Below are positions 37,215 to 46,294 of a stretch of 64,000 nt of DNA, piece after piece (the stretch's first letter is position 1; each line of letters opens with the position of its first letter). The position numbers and the translations under genes were made by a program. The stretch covers positions 29,950 to 93,949 of the forward strand of contig SVDH01000005.1 of NCBI GenBank assembly GCA_015057865.1, in the 5' to 3' direction. Under the pieces are notes generated by a model. It was not told the DNA's origin. It saw only the letters and a program-made list of their open reading frames with translations, and did no database searches. The DNA comes from Lachnospiraceae bacterium. Its GTDB lineage: Bacteria > Bacillota > Clostridia > Lachnospirales > Lachnospiraceae.

Positions 37215-38741
37215 ATGAACATCAAAGAAGCCAGACAGGAAATTATCAATACGGTAAAAGCATATCTGAAAAAGGATGAAACGGGTGCTTATGTGATTCC
37301 GACGGAAAAACAGCGGCCGATCCTTTTGATGGGACCGCCCGGGATCGGGAAGACAGCCATCTTAGAGCAGGCGGCGAATGCCTGCGGGATCAATCTGATC
37401 GCCTATACGATCACGCATCATACCAGGCAGAGCGCGATCGGTCTGCCGTTTATCGCGACACGAACATATGACGATAAGGAGGTCTCTGTAACAGAATATA
37501 CGATGAGTGAGATCATTGCTTCGATCTATGACCGGATCGAGCAGACGGGGATCAAAGAGGGGATCCTGTTTCTCGATGAGATCAATTGTGTCTCGGAGAC
37601 GCTTGCGCCTACGATGCTTCAGTTTTTGCAGTATAAGACCTTTGGCGCGCATCACCTGCCGGAAGGATTTCTGATCGTAACGGCAGGAAATCCTCCGGAA
37701 TATAATAAATCCGTTCGCGATTTTGATATCGTAACACTTGACCGTGTGAAGCGGATCGATATCAAAGAAGACTATCCCGCCTGGAAAGAGTATGCATATC
37801 GCGCAGGTGTACATGGCGCGATCATGGCCTATCTGGAGATTCGGAAAGAGCATTTTTATTCCATCCGTGTGGACCTTTCGGGAAAACACTTTGTGACAGC
37901 CAGAGGATGGGAGGATCTCTCGCGGATCCTTACCGTTTATGAGGATCTTTCGCTTCCTGTGACACAGAGTCTGATCATTCAGTATCTTCAGGATGAAGAG
38001 ATCGCGGCAGGTTTCTCCGTTTACTATGACCTCTATCAGAAATACCATGAGATCTATCATGTAGAGGAGATCATGGAGGGCACAGCATCCGTCGATGCAG
38101 ATGTGATGCGGCAGGCGCCGTTTGATGAAAAGCTCACCCTGATCGGGCTTCTGGTTGACCGGTTGAACCGGGAGTTTCGCGTGTACGACAGGGAACGGCG
38201 TGTGCAGGAAGGCATTTTTACAGAGCTTCGCCGGATCAAGGAAGCGGCTTCCAAACCGGATGCCGGTGAACAGGCAGATGAGATCAGAGAACTGCTTTCG
38301 GAGCGGATCACCCAAAAAAGAGAGTTCTATGAGAAGCAAAAGGATGCGCATCTGCTCGATCATCACGAAGAAGATGTGCAAAGACGCGTACTGGCGCAGC
38401 TTAATGAACTGTATCGTGCGCTAAGCATGCAGAAAGCGGACAGAGAAGCTGCCGGTCTGCGCTTTGTCAGCGATTGGTTTGCTGTGCGGGAAGATGCGCG
38501 GCAGCAGGCCATCACACAAAGCGGAGAACACCTGACCAACGCATTTGCCTTTCTTGCGGAGATCTATGGAGAGTCACAGGAGATGGCACTGTTTTTATCA
38601 GAACTGGCCGCCGGATATTACAGCCTGAAGTTTGTCAGTGAATGCGGCAATGATGCATATGATAAGTACCAAAAGCTTTTACTTACAAAAGACAGACGGC
38701 ATGAGATTGCAGAGGAGCTGCAGTCATTCCTTCAGATCTAG
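37215..38741 (+). CDS. MoxR-like AAA+ ATPase (AAA_5 type)
   Basis: Walker A GPPGIGKT, Walker B ILFLDEIN, a long helical C-terminal extension. AGGAGA SD. Starts 15 nt after the vWA gene. Confidence 0.8.
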   Translation: MNIKEARQEIINTVKAYLKKDETGAYVIPTEKQRPILLMGPPGIGKTAILEQAANACGINLIAYTITHHTRQSAIGLPFIATRTYDDKEVSVTEYTMSEIIASIYDRIEQTGIKEGILFLDEINCVSETLAPTMLQFLQYKTFGAHHLPEGFLIVTAGNPPEYNKSVRDFDIVTLDRVKRIDIKEDYPAWKEYAYRAGVHGAIMAYLEIRKEHFYSIRVDLSGKHFVTARGWEDLSRILTVYEDLSLPVTQSLIIQYLQDEEIAAGFSVYYDLYQKYHEIYHVEEIMEGTASVDADVMRQAPFDEKLTLIGLLVDRLNREFRVYDRERRVQEGIFTELRRIKEAASKPDAGEQADEIRELLSERITQKREFYEKQKDAHLLDHHEEDVQRRVLAQLNELYRALSMQKADREAAGLRFVSDWFAVREDARQQAITQSGEHLTNAFAFLAEIYGESQEMALFLSELAAGYYSLKFVSECGNDAYDKYQKLLLTKDRRHEIAEELQSFLQI

Positions 38742-38810
38742 ATAAAACAGAATTCTTTTTTGGATACACTTATGATATGATAGATGCAATAACGACCGAA
38801 GGGGAACGGC

Positions 38811-41540
38811 ATGTTTTTTGACAAAGAAGACAAATACGCGCAGCGGACGATGTTCATCACAGAGTCGCATAAGCGTTATACCTATCAGACTGTTTACAAA
38901 CTGCAGGATCAGATGACCGATCAGCTGATGCCGCGCAGTCTTGTTTTGATCCTTTGTAAAAACTGTGTTCCGGCGATTGCGATGTATCTGGGTCTGCTTC
39001 GCAAAAACATGGTACCGATCCTGATGGATGAGCATGTGACGGCAGGTTTTTTAAAAGAGTTTATGGCAGCTTACCGGGTCAACGCGGTATTGTTGCCGGA
39101 GAACCGGAGAACGGAGATCAGAGGCGGTGAAACGCTCTGGAACGGAGAGGGGTACAGTCTGATCGGGATCAGGAAAGCCGGCCCTGTGATGTCACCGGAT
39201 CTGGCACTGCTTGTACCGGTTTCGGACCGTACGGGAAGCCTGATGATGGTCCGCTACTCCAAAGAGAATCTTCAGGCGGGAACAGAAAGTGCGGCTGCGG
39301 TGCAAAAGATCGTGGGCGGAGACCGGCTGATCACAAATCTGCCGTTTCATTTTTCATTTCCGCTGACCATACTCCACAGTTATATTCTGCGCGGTGCGCA
39401 GATCCTGCTTACGGAACGCAGCGTGACGGAGCGCGGCTTCTGGCAGTTTTTTCATGATGAAGAAGCCTCTGCGCTATGCGCGTTCCCGCACACCTGTCAG
39501 ATGCTGTGGCGGATGCACATAGACAAAATGCATATCCCGGGACTCCGGACGCTGGCGATATCCGGCGGATCGCTTCCTGTGACGCTGCAGAAAGATCTGG
39601 CAGACTGGGCATCGATCCGCGGCGTACGTCTGTTGATCTTTTATGGGAAGACAGAAAGCGCGGGATTCATGGCACACCTTGGCAGCAGGGACAGTTTAAA
39701 AGTCCTGAATTCGATCGGCAGACCGAATGCGTTCGGCAGAATGGAGCGGATCGACAAAAACGGCCGCCTGATCACAAACGGCAGCCAGGTGGGTGAGATG
39801 GTCTATTATGGAGAGAATGTTTCTCTTGGATACGCCGGAAACACAGATGATCTTCGCAGAGGAGATGAACACAAGGGTGTTTTGAAGACAGGCGATCTTG
39901 CGGTCTGTTCAGAGCAGGGATACTATTCGATCCGCGGAAGATCGGAACGCTTCCTGAAAGTGACAGGGATCCGGATCGATCTAGATGAGCTGGAGCGGCT
40001 GTTGAAAGACCGCTGGAACCGGAACTTTGCCTGCGTGGGAACAGATGATCTCTTAGAGATCTTTGAAGAAGCGCGCCAGGTGGAAGCACCGCCGGATGAT
40101 GAGAGCGATGCAGGGGATGGCCTGGTCTTTTTAGAGGTGGAAGATAATAAAAAGGGAAGACGGGGGCGTCGTGCAAAAAAGGGAACGGGTCCGATCAGAG
40201 AGATTCCGTCGACACAGCTGGAAGAAAAACCGGAAGAGATAAAAGAAGGCGGACAGCAGGCGGATTGGAAGACGACGAATCCGACCATATGGGCCTGGAC
40301 AGCAAAGCGTCTCGGAATCCCGAAGCATATGATCCGATATACGATTTGTAAAGAAATTCCAAAAGAGGTTCAGGATACAGATTATACAAGCAAGGAGAGG
40401 CACATGATTTACAGAACTTTTCAGGACATGAAACTGTCAGCTTTAGGTATGGGAGCGATGCGGCTTCCGGTCATTGACGGAGATGACAGCAGGATCGATA
40501 AAGAACGGACACAGGAAATGGTTGATTATGCCATGGCAAACGGTATCAATTATTACGATACCGCATGGGGATATCATGACGGTAATTCCGAGCTCGTGAT
40601 GGGGGAGGCTTTAAAGAAATATCCGCGTGAAAACTTTTATCTGGCAACCAAATTTCCGGGATATGATCTTTCCAATATGCCAAAGGTAAAGGAAATCTTT
40701 GCAAAGCAGCTGGAAAAATGTCAGGTAGACTATTTTGATTTTTATCTGGTTCACAATGTCTGCGAACTGAATATCAACGAATATCTGGATGATGCACAGT
40801 TTGGCATCGTTTCCTACTTAAGAGAACAGAAAGAAGCAGGAAAGATCCGCCATCTCGGTTTTTCCGCGCATGGCAGCGTAGAAGTAATGAAACGGTTCCT
40901 GGATGCATACGGTGAGTACATGGAATTCTGTCAGATCCAGCTGAACTATCTTGACTATTCCTTCCAGGATGCAAAAGGCAAGATCGAGCTGCTCAAAGAG
41001 TGGAATCTGCCCATCTGGGTCATGGAACCGCTGCGCGGCGGGCGTCTGGCAAAATTGAATGATGAAGAAACAAAACTTCTGGCTTCCCTGCGTCCGGACG
41101 AAAAGGTGCCAGCCTGGGCATTCCGTTTCCTGCAGAGCATTCCGGAAGTGACGATGATCCTGTCCGGTATGTCTGATTATGATCAGATGAAGGAAAATAT
41201 CGAGACCTTCGCGACGGATGCACCGCTTTCGGAAAATGAATGGAATGAAGTACTCGCAATGGCAGACAGGATGCTGCAGACAAAGACACTGCCGTGTACG
41301 GCGTGCCATTATTGTACCAGCCATTGCCCGCAGGAACTGGACATCCCGTGGCTGATCGAATTATACAATGAGCACGGTTTTACAGGTGGTGGATTCCTGG
41401 CGCCGATGGCATTGGCGTCCGTGCCAAGGGAAAAGAGGCCGTCTGCATGCATCGGATGCAGAAGCTGTGAGGCTGTTTGTCCGCAGCAGATCAAGATTTC
41501 CGAAGCAATGGCAGATTTTACCGAGAAATTAAAGCAGTAA
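38811..41540 (+). CDS. fusion: adenylate-forming (AMP-binding) enzyme-like domain plus aldo/keto reductase with C-terminal 4Fe-4S ferredoxin motifs
   Basis: AMP-binding motifs FYGKTES, LKTGDLA, IRGRSERFLKVTGIRIDLDELE, with a degenerate P-loop (VSDRTGSLMM). An internal AAGGAGAGG SD precedes the ATG at 40404, which starts a complete AKR (MIYRTFQDMKLSALGMGAMRLP...) ending with CTACHYCTSHCP and CIGCRSCEAVCP. Confidence 0.75.
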   Translation: MFFDKEDKYAQRTMFITESHKRYTYQTVYKLQDQMTDQLMPRSLVLILCKNCVPAIAMYLGLLRKNMVPILMDEHVTAGFLKEFMAAYRVNAVLLPENRRTEIRGGETLWNGEGYSLIGIRKAGPVMSPDLALLVPVSDRTGSLMMVRYSKENLQAGTESAAAVQKIVGGDRLITNLPFHFSFPLTILHSYILRGAQILLTERSVTERGFWQFFHDEEASALCAFPHTCQMLWRMHIDKMHIPGLRTLAISGGSLPVTLQKDLADWASIRGVRLLIFYGKTESAGFMAHLGSRDSLKVLNSIGRPNAFGRMERIDKNGRLITNGSQVGEMVYYGENVSLGYAGNTDDLRRGDEHKGVLKTGDLAVCSEQGYYSIRGRSERFLKVTGIRIDLDELERLLKDRWNRNFACVGTDDLLEIFEEARQVEAPPDDESDAGDGLVFLEVEDNKKGRRGRRAKKGTGPIREIPSTQLEEKPEEIKEGGQQADWKTTNPTIWAWTAKRLGIPKHMIRYTICKEIPKEVQDTDYTSKERHMIYRTFQDMKLSALGMGAMRLPVIDGDDSRIDKERTQEMVDYAMANGINYYDTAWGYHDGNSELVMGEALKKYPRENFYLATKFPGYDLSNMPKVKEIFAKQLEKCQVDYFDFYLVHNVCELNINEYLDDAQFGIVSYLREQKEAGKIRHLGFSAHGSVEVMKRFLDAYGEYMEFCQIQLNYLDYSFQDAKGKIELLKEWNLPIWVMEPLRGGRLAKLNDEETKLLASLRPDEKVPAWAFRFLQSIPEVTMILSGMSDYDQMKENIETFATDAPLSENEWNEVLAMADRMLQTKTLPCTACHYCTSHCPQELDIPWLIELYNEHGFTGGGFLAPMALASVPREKRPSACIGCRSCEAVCPQQIKISEAMADFTEKLKQ

Positions 41541-41589
41541 TACAGATCCTTTCGGATATGTCTTTCATGGTTTTTGGGGAGAGACAAGT

Positions 41590-42270
41590 ATGCGGTTACT
41601 TTTAATAGAGGATGAAAGATCTCTGGCGTGTGCGCTGGAGACGATCCTGTCCGACAAAGGTTGTCTGGTAGAAACAGTTTATGATGGAAAAGAAGCACTG
41701 CGCGCTGCATCAGCGGGCGGTTATGATGCGATTGTCCTGGATCTTATGCTTCCGAAAGAAGATGGCTTTTCTGTATTGAAAAAAATCAGAAAGAGCGGAG
41801 ATGTCACGCCGATCCTGATCTTAAGTGCCAGAGCTGAAGTGGAAGACAGGATACAGGGGCTGGATCATGGAGCGGATGATTATCTGACGAAACCGTTTGA
41901 TCCGCAGGAGCTCTGGGCCAGGATCCGCGCCATGACAAGAAGACAGGCAAGACTGCCGGACTCTTTGCTGTCATTGGGGAACACGGTCCTGAACCGCTCG
42001 ACACACGAGCTGTCTTCAAAGCACGGAAGTCATATTCTTTCCAACAAAGAATATCGCATGATGGAACTTTTGATGATACAGCCGGCACGCATGGTAACCC
42101 TGGACCGCCTTCGTGAAGTAGTGTGGACAGGGGAAGAAAACGTGGATTCAAGTGTGATCTGGACCTATATTTCCTATCTGAGGAAGAAGCTCAAAGCTCT
42201 GGAATCCAACATATCGATCATCGCGATCCGCAACACGGGATATTCTCTGGAGGTCGGAGATGACACGTAA
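41590..42270 (+). CDS. OmpR/PhoB-family response regulator
   Basis: Receiver domain (LLIEDE...DAIVLDLMLP...LTKPF) plus a winged-helix output domain (IIAIRNTGYSL). Confidence 0.9.
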   Translation: MRLLLIEDERSLACALETILSDKGCLVETVYDGKEALRAASAGGYDAIVLDLMLPKEDGFSVLKKIRKSGDVTPILILSARAEVEDRIQGLDHGADDYLTKPFDPQELWARIRAMTRRQARLPDSLLSLGNTVLNRSTHELSSKHGSHILSNKEYRMMELLMIQPARMVTLDRLREVVWTGEENVDSSVIWTYISYLRKKLKALESNISIIAIRNTGYSLEVGDDT

Positions 42271-43456
42271 GATCCGAAGAAGGTTTATGCTGACATCCAT
42301 GACAGCAATCAGTATCATACTTGTCGTACTGGTCGCCAGCATCGGGATATCGGATTATCACAAGATGGTCAGCCGTCTGGATCAGCAGATTGCATCCGGG
42401 GAAGCACAATATCTGGTGAATGGCAGAGTAGAGGTTCCGCAGGAAGCGATTCTGGCCGTTCAGGGTCTGCCGGTTTTTTGGGTGGCGGAATATGACCGGT
42501 CGGGTACGCTTAGCTATATATCGGTCGTATCTGATGAAAGCATACAAAATAAAATGGAGCAGATCACAGAAGCCGTTTATGCCGGAGGTCAGGAAGATGG
42601 TTTTTACGGGGGGTGCCGTTTTCAAAAAAAGGTGCTCGCAAACGGCTCCCGTATTATATTTCTCGAAGCGTCCCGCAGCCTGACACAGCTGCATGACTCG
42701 ATCAGGAATCTGATCCGTCTCGCGCTGATCGCAGGTGGCGTTTCGTGGCTGATCATGTTTCGTATGGCGCGCTGGATGGTGCGGCCGTATGAACAGGCTT
42801 ATGAATCACAGAAGCGGTTTGTTTCAAACATCAGCCATGACCTGAAGACGCCGCTGACCGTGATCCGGGCAGATGCCGATGTACTGACCGGAATCTATCC
42901 GGAAGATCGCTGGGTCAATGATATCCACATGCAGGCCGGGAAAATGTCGGATCTGATCGAGGAGATGCTTCTTTTATCCAGATTGCAGGAAAAGGAACAT
43001 CAGATGAGCTGGGTTGATTTCCCGATCTCGGATATCGTAGAAGAAGAAGCGCAGCTTTTTGTACAAATGGCGGAGATCAAAAAAAAGAAATTCAGCTATG
43101 AGGTACAGCCTATGCTGACCTACCATGGCAATGCCAAGGCAATCCGCCATATCACAGGGATCCTGCTGGACAATGCGATCCGATACTCTGATGAGAACGG
43201 GATCATCCGGTTAAAGCTGTTTATGAAAGGGAGTCGGATCATACTGACGGTATTCAATACCGTTACGCATATCTCACGAAGCGAGCTGCCAAAGCTGACG
43301 GAGCGGTTTTACCGTTCTGACACATCGCGCAGCGCAGAGTCCAACTCGCACGGCATCGGCCTTCCGTCAGTAGAGGAGATCGTGCGCGCGCATCATGGGG
43401 AGATGATATTATCGACAGAGGATGAGCAGTCTTTCCTCGTGACCATTAAACTATAG
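42260..43456 (+). CDS. sensor histidine kinase
   Basis: Two TM segments, HisKA H-box SHDLKTPLT, and an HATPase region (NAIRYSDENG...GIGL). The start overlaps the response-regulator stop. Confidence 0.85.
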   Translation: MTRKIRRRFMLTSMTAISIILVVLVASIGISDYHKMVSRLDQQIASGEAQYLVNGRVEVPQEAILAVQGLPVFWVAEYDRSGTLSYISVVSDESIQNKMEQITEAVYAGGQEDGFYGGCRFQKKVLANGSRIIFLEASRSLTQLHDSIRNLIRLALIAGGVSWLIMFRMARWMVRPYEQAYESQKRFVSNISHDLKTPLTVIRADADVLTGIYPEDRWVNDIHMQAGKMSDLIEEMLLLSRLQEKEHQMSWVDFPISDIVEEEAQLFVQMAEIKKKKFSYEVQPMLTYHGNAKAIRHITGILLDNAIRYSDENGIIRLKLFMKGSRIILTVFNTVTHISRSELPKLTERFYRSDTSRSAESNSHGIGLPSVEEIVRAHHGEMILSTEDEQSFLVTIKL

Positions 43457-43526
43457 AGGATGTATTTTTGCACAAATATATCTTTCATGATAAACTGGTA
43501 AAAAAATAAATCTGGAGAATGAAAGA

Positions 43527-44429
43527 ATGAAATCATTATCTCATTTAGACAAGCTTGAAGCAGAAGCGATCTATATCATCAGAGAGGTGGCGGCAGAATG
43601 TGAAAAACCGGTGATGCTGTATTCAATCGGCAAGGATTCATCGGTCATGCTGCATCTGGCGATGAAAGCGTTCTACCCGGAAAAACCGCCATTTCCCTTT
43701 CTGCATGTCAATACGACATGGAAATTCCGTGAAATGATCGAATTCAGAGACCGGCGCGCAAAAGAGCTCGGCATCGAGATGCTGGAATATATCAACGAAG
43801 ATGGCCTGGCACAGGGGATCAATCCGTTTGATCACGGTGCTGCATATACGGACATTATGAAGACACAGGCGTTGAAGCAGGCTTTGACAAAGTACGGATT
43901 TACGGCTGCGTTTGGCGGCGGCAGAAGAGATGAAGAAAAAAGCCGCGCAAAAGAACGTATCTTTTCTTTCCGGAATGCGGAGCAGGCCTGGGATCCGAAA
44001 AACCAGCGCCCGGAGATGTGGAAGCTTTTCAATACCGAGATCAACCAGGGTGAATCGATTCGTGTATTCCCGATCTCAAACTGGACCGAAGCAGATATCT
44101 GGCAGTATATCCGCCGGGAGAATATCCCGATCGTTCCGCTGTACTTATCAGCGATGCGGCCGGTTGTAGAGCGTGACGGAAATCTGATCCTTGTAGACGA
44201 TGACCGCATGCGTCTGTATCCGGGAGAGAAACCGCAGATGAAAATGGTACGGTTCCGTACACTCGGATGCTATCCGTTATCCGGCGGCGTAGAATCGCAG
44301 GCGACAGATATTGACTCCGTGATCAAAGAAACCCTGTCTGCAGTAGAGTCGGAACGGACCAGCAGGGTGATCGATAAAGACGGCGGTTCCGCCAGCATGG
44401 AAAAGAGGAAGAGAGAGGGATACTTTTAG
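43527..44429 (+). CDS. cysD: sulfate adenylyltransferase subunit 2
   Basis: [18 protein letters not shown]...[17 protein letters not shown]-reductase-like fold. 300 aa, ending RKREGYF. Confidence 0.92.
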   Translation: MKSLSHLDKLEAEAIYIIREVAAECEKPVMLYSIGKDSSVMLHLAMKAFYPEKPPFPFLHVNTTWKFREMIEFRDRRAKELGIEMLEYINEDGLAQGINPFDHGAAYTDIMKTQALKQALTKYGFTAAFGGGRRDEEKSRAKERIFSFRNAEQAWDPKNQRPEMWKLFNTEINQGESIRVFPISNWTEADIWQYIRRENIPIVPLYLSAMRPVVERDGNLILVDDDRMRLYPGEKPQMKMVRFRTLGCYPLSGGVESQATDIDSVIKETLSAVESERTSRVIDKDGGSASMEKRKREGYF

Positions 44430-44431
44430 AA

Positions 44432-46267
44432 ATGAAAGGATTACTGAAATTTATCACATGCGGCAGTGTGGACGACGGGAAATCCACGCTGATCGGCCAT
44501 ATGCTTTACGACGCCAAGCTTCTGTTCACAGATCAGGAGCAGGCGCTTGAACTTGACAGTAAAGTCGGTTCCCGCGGCGGAAAGGTAGATTATTCCCTGC
44601 TTTTAGACGGTCTTATGGCAGAGCGGGAGCAGGGGATCACGATCGATGTGGCATACCGCTATTTTTCGACGGAGAACCGGTCGTTTATCGTGGCAGACAC
44701 TCCCGGTCATGAAGAATACACCAGAAACATGGCAGTCGGTGCTTCTTTCGCTGACCTTGCAGTTATTCTGGTCGACGCATCGCAGGGTGTATTGATCCAG
44801 ACAAGACGTCATACCAGGATCTGTGCACTGATGGGCATCCGGCATTTTGTATTTGCTGTTAATAAGATGGATCTTGTCGATTACGATCAGAAGCGGTTTG
44901 AGCAGATCAAAAAAGAGATCCGTATCCTGGCTGCTGAATTTGAATATGATTCGATCCAGATCATTCCGGTTTCCGCGACAGAGGGAGATAATATTACCGA
45001 GCGCTCTTCGAGAATGTTCTGGTATCAGGAAGCGACACTTCTGCAGTATCTGGAAGAGATCGATGTGGAAAAGGCAGACCGGGAATCCGGATTTACGATG
45101 CCTGTACAGCGTGTCAGCAGACCGGATCACACCTTCCGGGGGTTCCAGGGTCAGATCGAGACCGGCGCTGTATCAGTCGGAGATGAGATCCGTGTGCTCC
45201 CGTCTGAGGAAACGGCCCGCGTAACAAAGATCTTAAGCGCCGGAGAAGACGTGGACGAAGCAGGCAAAGGGGAGCCGGTCACCATCTGTCTTGACAAAGA
45301 GATCGATGTTTCGCGCGGATGTGTCCTGATCAAAGATGCAAAAACGCGTACCGGAACGATGTTTACGGTACAGCTTCTCTGGATGGATGACGGAAAGCTT
45401 TTGACGGGGCATAACTATCTTTTGCGTCTCGGTACCGCGAAGGTTTCCGCGACCGTTATGAATATTAAATATCGGATCGATGTGAATACAGGCAATCAGG
45501 TTCCGGCAGACGCGATCCGGAAAAACGAGCTGGCAGTCTGTGATATCTCTGTCGCTGCGCCGCTTGTGTTTGATGTATTTGAACAGAACCGCGCGCTTGG
45601 CGGATTCATTCTGATCGACCGTGTGACGCACATGACATCTGCCTGCGGTACGATCCTGCATCCGCTGCGCCGCGCAGACAATATCGTTCCGTATGAGATG
45701 GATATTGACCGGACCCTCAGGGAAAACCAGAAAGGACAGAAGGCCCGTACGATCTGGCTGACCGGCCTTTCAGGATCCGGAAAATCTACGCTTGCAAATG
45801 AGATCGAAAAACGCCTGTTTGCAGAAGGAAAGCATACGATGACGCTTGACGGTGATAATGTCCGTAAGGGTCTGAATCAGAATCTGGGATTCAAGGAAGC
45901 AGACAGGATCGAGAACATCCGTCGTGTTGCCGAGGCGGCACGCCTGATGAATGATGCAGGCCTGATCGTGATCGCGTCATTTGTTTCTCCATATGAAAGA
46001 GACCGTGCGCGTGCGCGTGAGATCATCGGATCAGAGAATTTTATTGAGATCTATGTGAGCACGCCTTTGGAGGAGTGCGAGCGGCGTGATGTAAAAGGCC
46101 TTTATCAGAAAGCCCGCCGGGGAGAGATTCCGAATTTCACCGGAGTTACGGCAGTATATGAAGTACCTGAAAATCCGGAGATTACGATCGACACGACAGA
46201 CATCAGCTTAGAAGAAGCGGCGGATATCGTGTTGGGACAGCTTGCAGGTTTTTTACAGGCGGATTAA
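44432..46267 (+). CDS. cysNC: bifunctional sulfate adenylyltransferase subunit 1 / adenylylsulfate kinase
   Basis: GTPase motifs GSVDDGKST, DTPGH, NKMD. C-terminal APS kinase P-loop GLSGSGKST. Confidence 0.92.
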   Translation: MKGLLKFITCGSVDDGKSTLIGHMLYDAKLLFTDQEQALELDSKVGSRGGKVDYSLLLDGLMAEREQGITIDVAYRYFSTENRSFIVADTPGHEEYTRNMAVGASFADLAVILVDASQGVLIQTRRHTRICALMGIRHFVFAVNKMDLVDYDQKRFEQIKKEIRILAAEFEYDSIQIIPVSATEGDNITERSSRMFWYQEATLLQYLEEIDVEKADRESGFTMPVQRVSRPDHTFRGFQGQIETGAVSVGDEIRVLPSEETARVTKILSAGEDVDEAGKGEPVTICLDKEIDVSRGCVLIKDAKTRTGTMFTVQLLWMDDGKLLTGHNYLLRLGTAKVSATVMNIKYRIDVNTGNQVPADAIRKNELAVCDISVAAPLVFDVFEQNRALGGFILIDRVTHMTSACGTILHPLRRADNIVPYEMDIDRTLRENQKGQKARTIWLTGLSGSGKSTLANEIEKRLFAEGKHTMTLDGDNVRKGLNQNLGFKEADRIENIRRVAEAARLMNDAGLIVIASFVSPYERDRARAREIIGSENFIEIYVSTPLEECERRDVKGLYQKARRGEIPNFTGVTAVYEVPENPEITIDTTDISLEEAADIVLGQLAGFLQAD

Positions 46268-46294
46268 TCCGGCTGATGGAATTTATGCAGAAGG

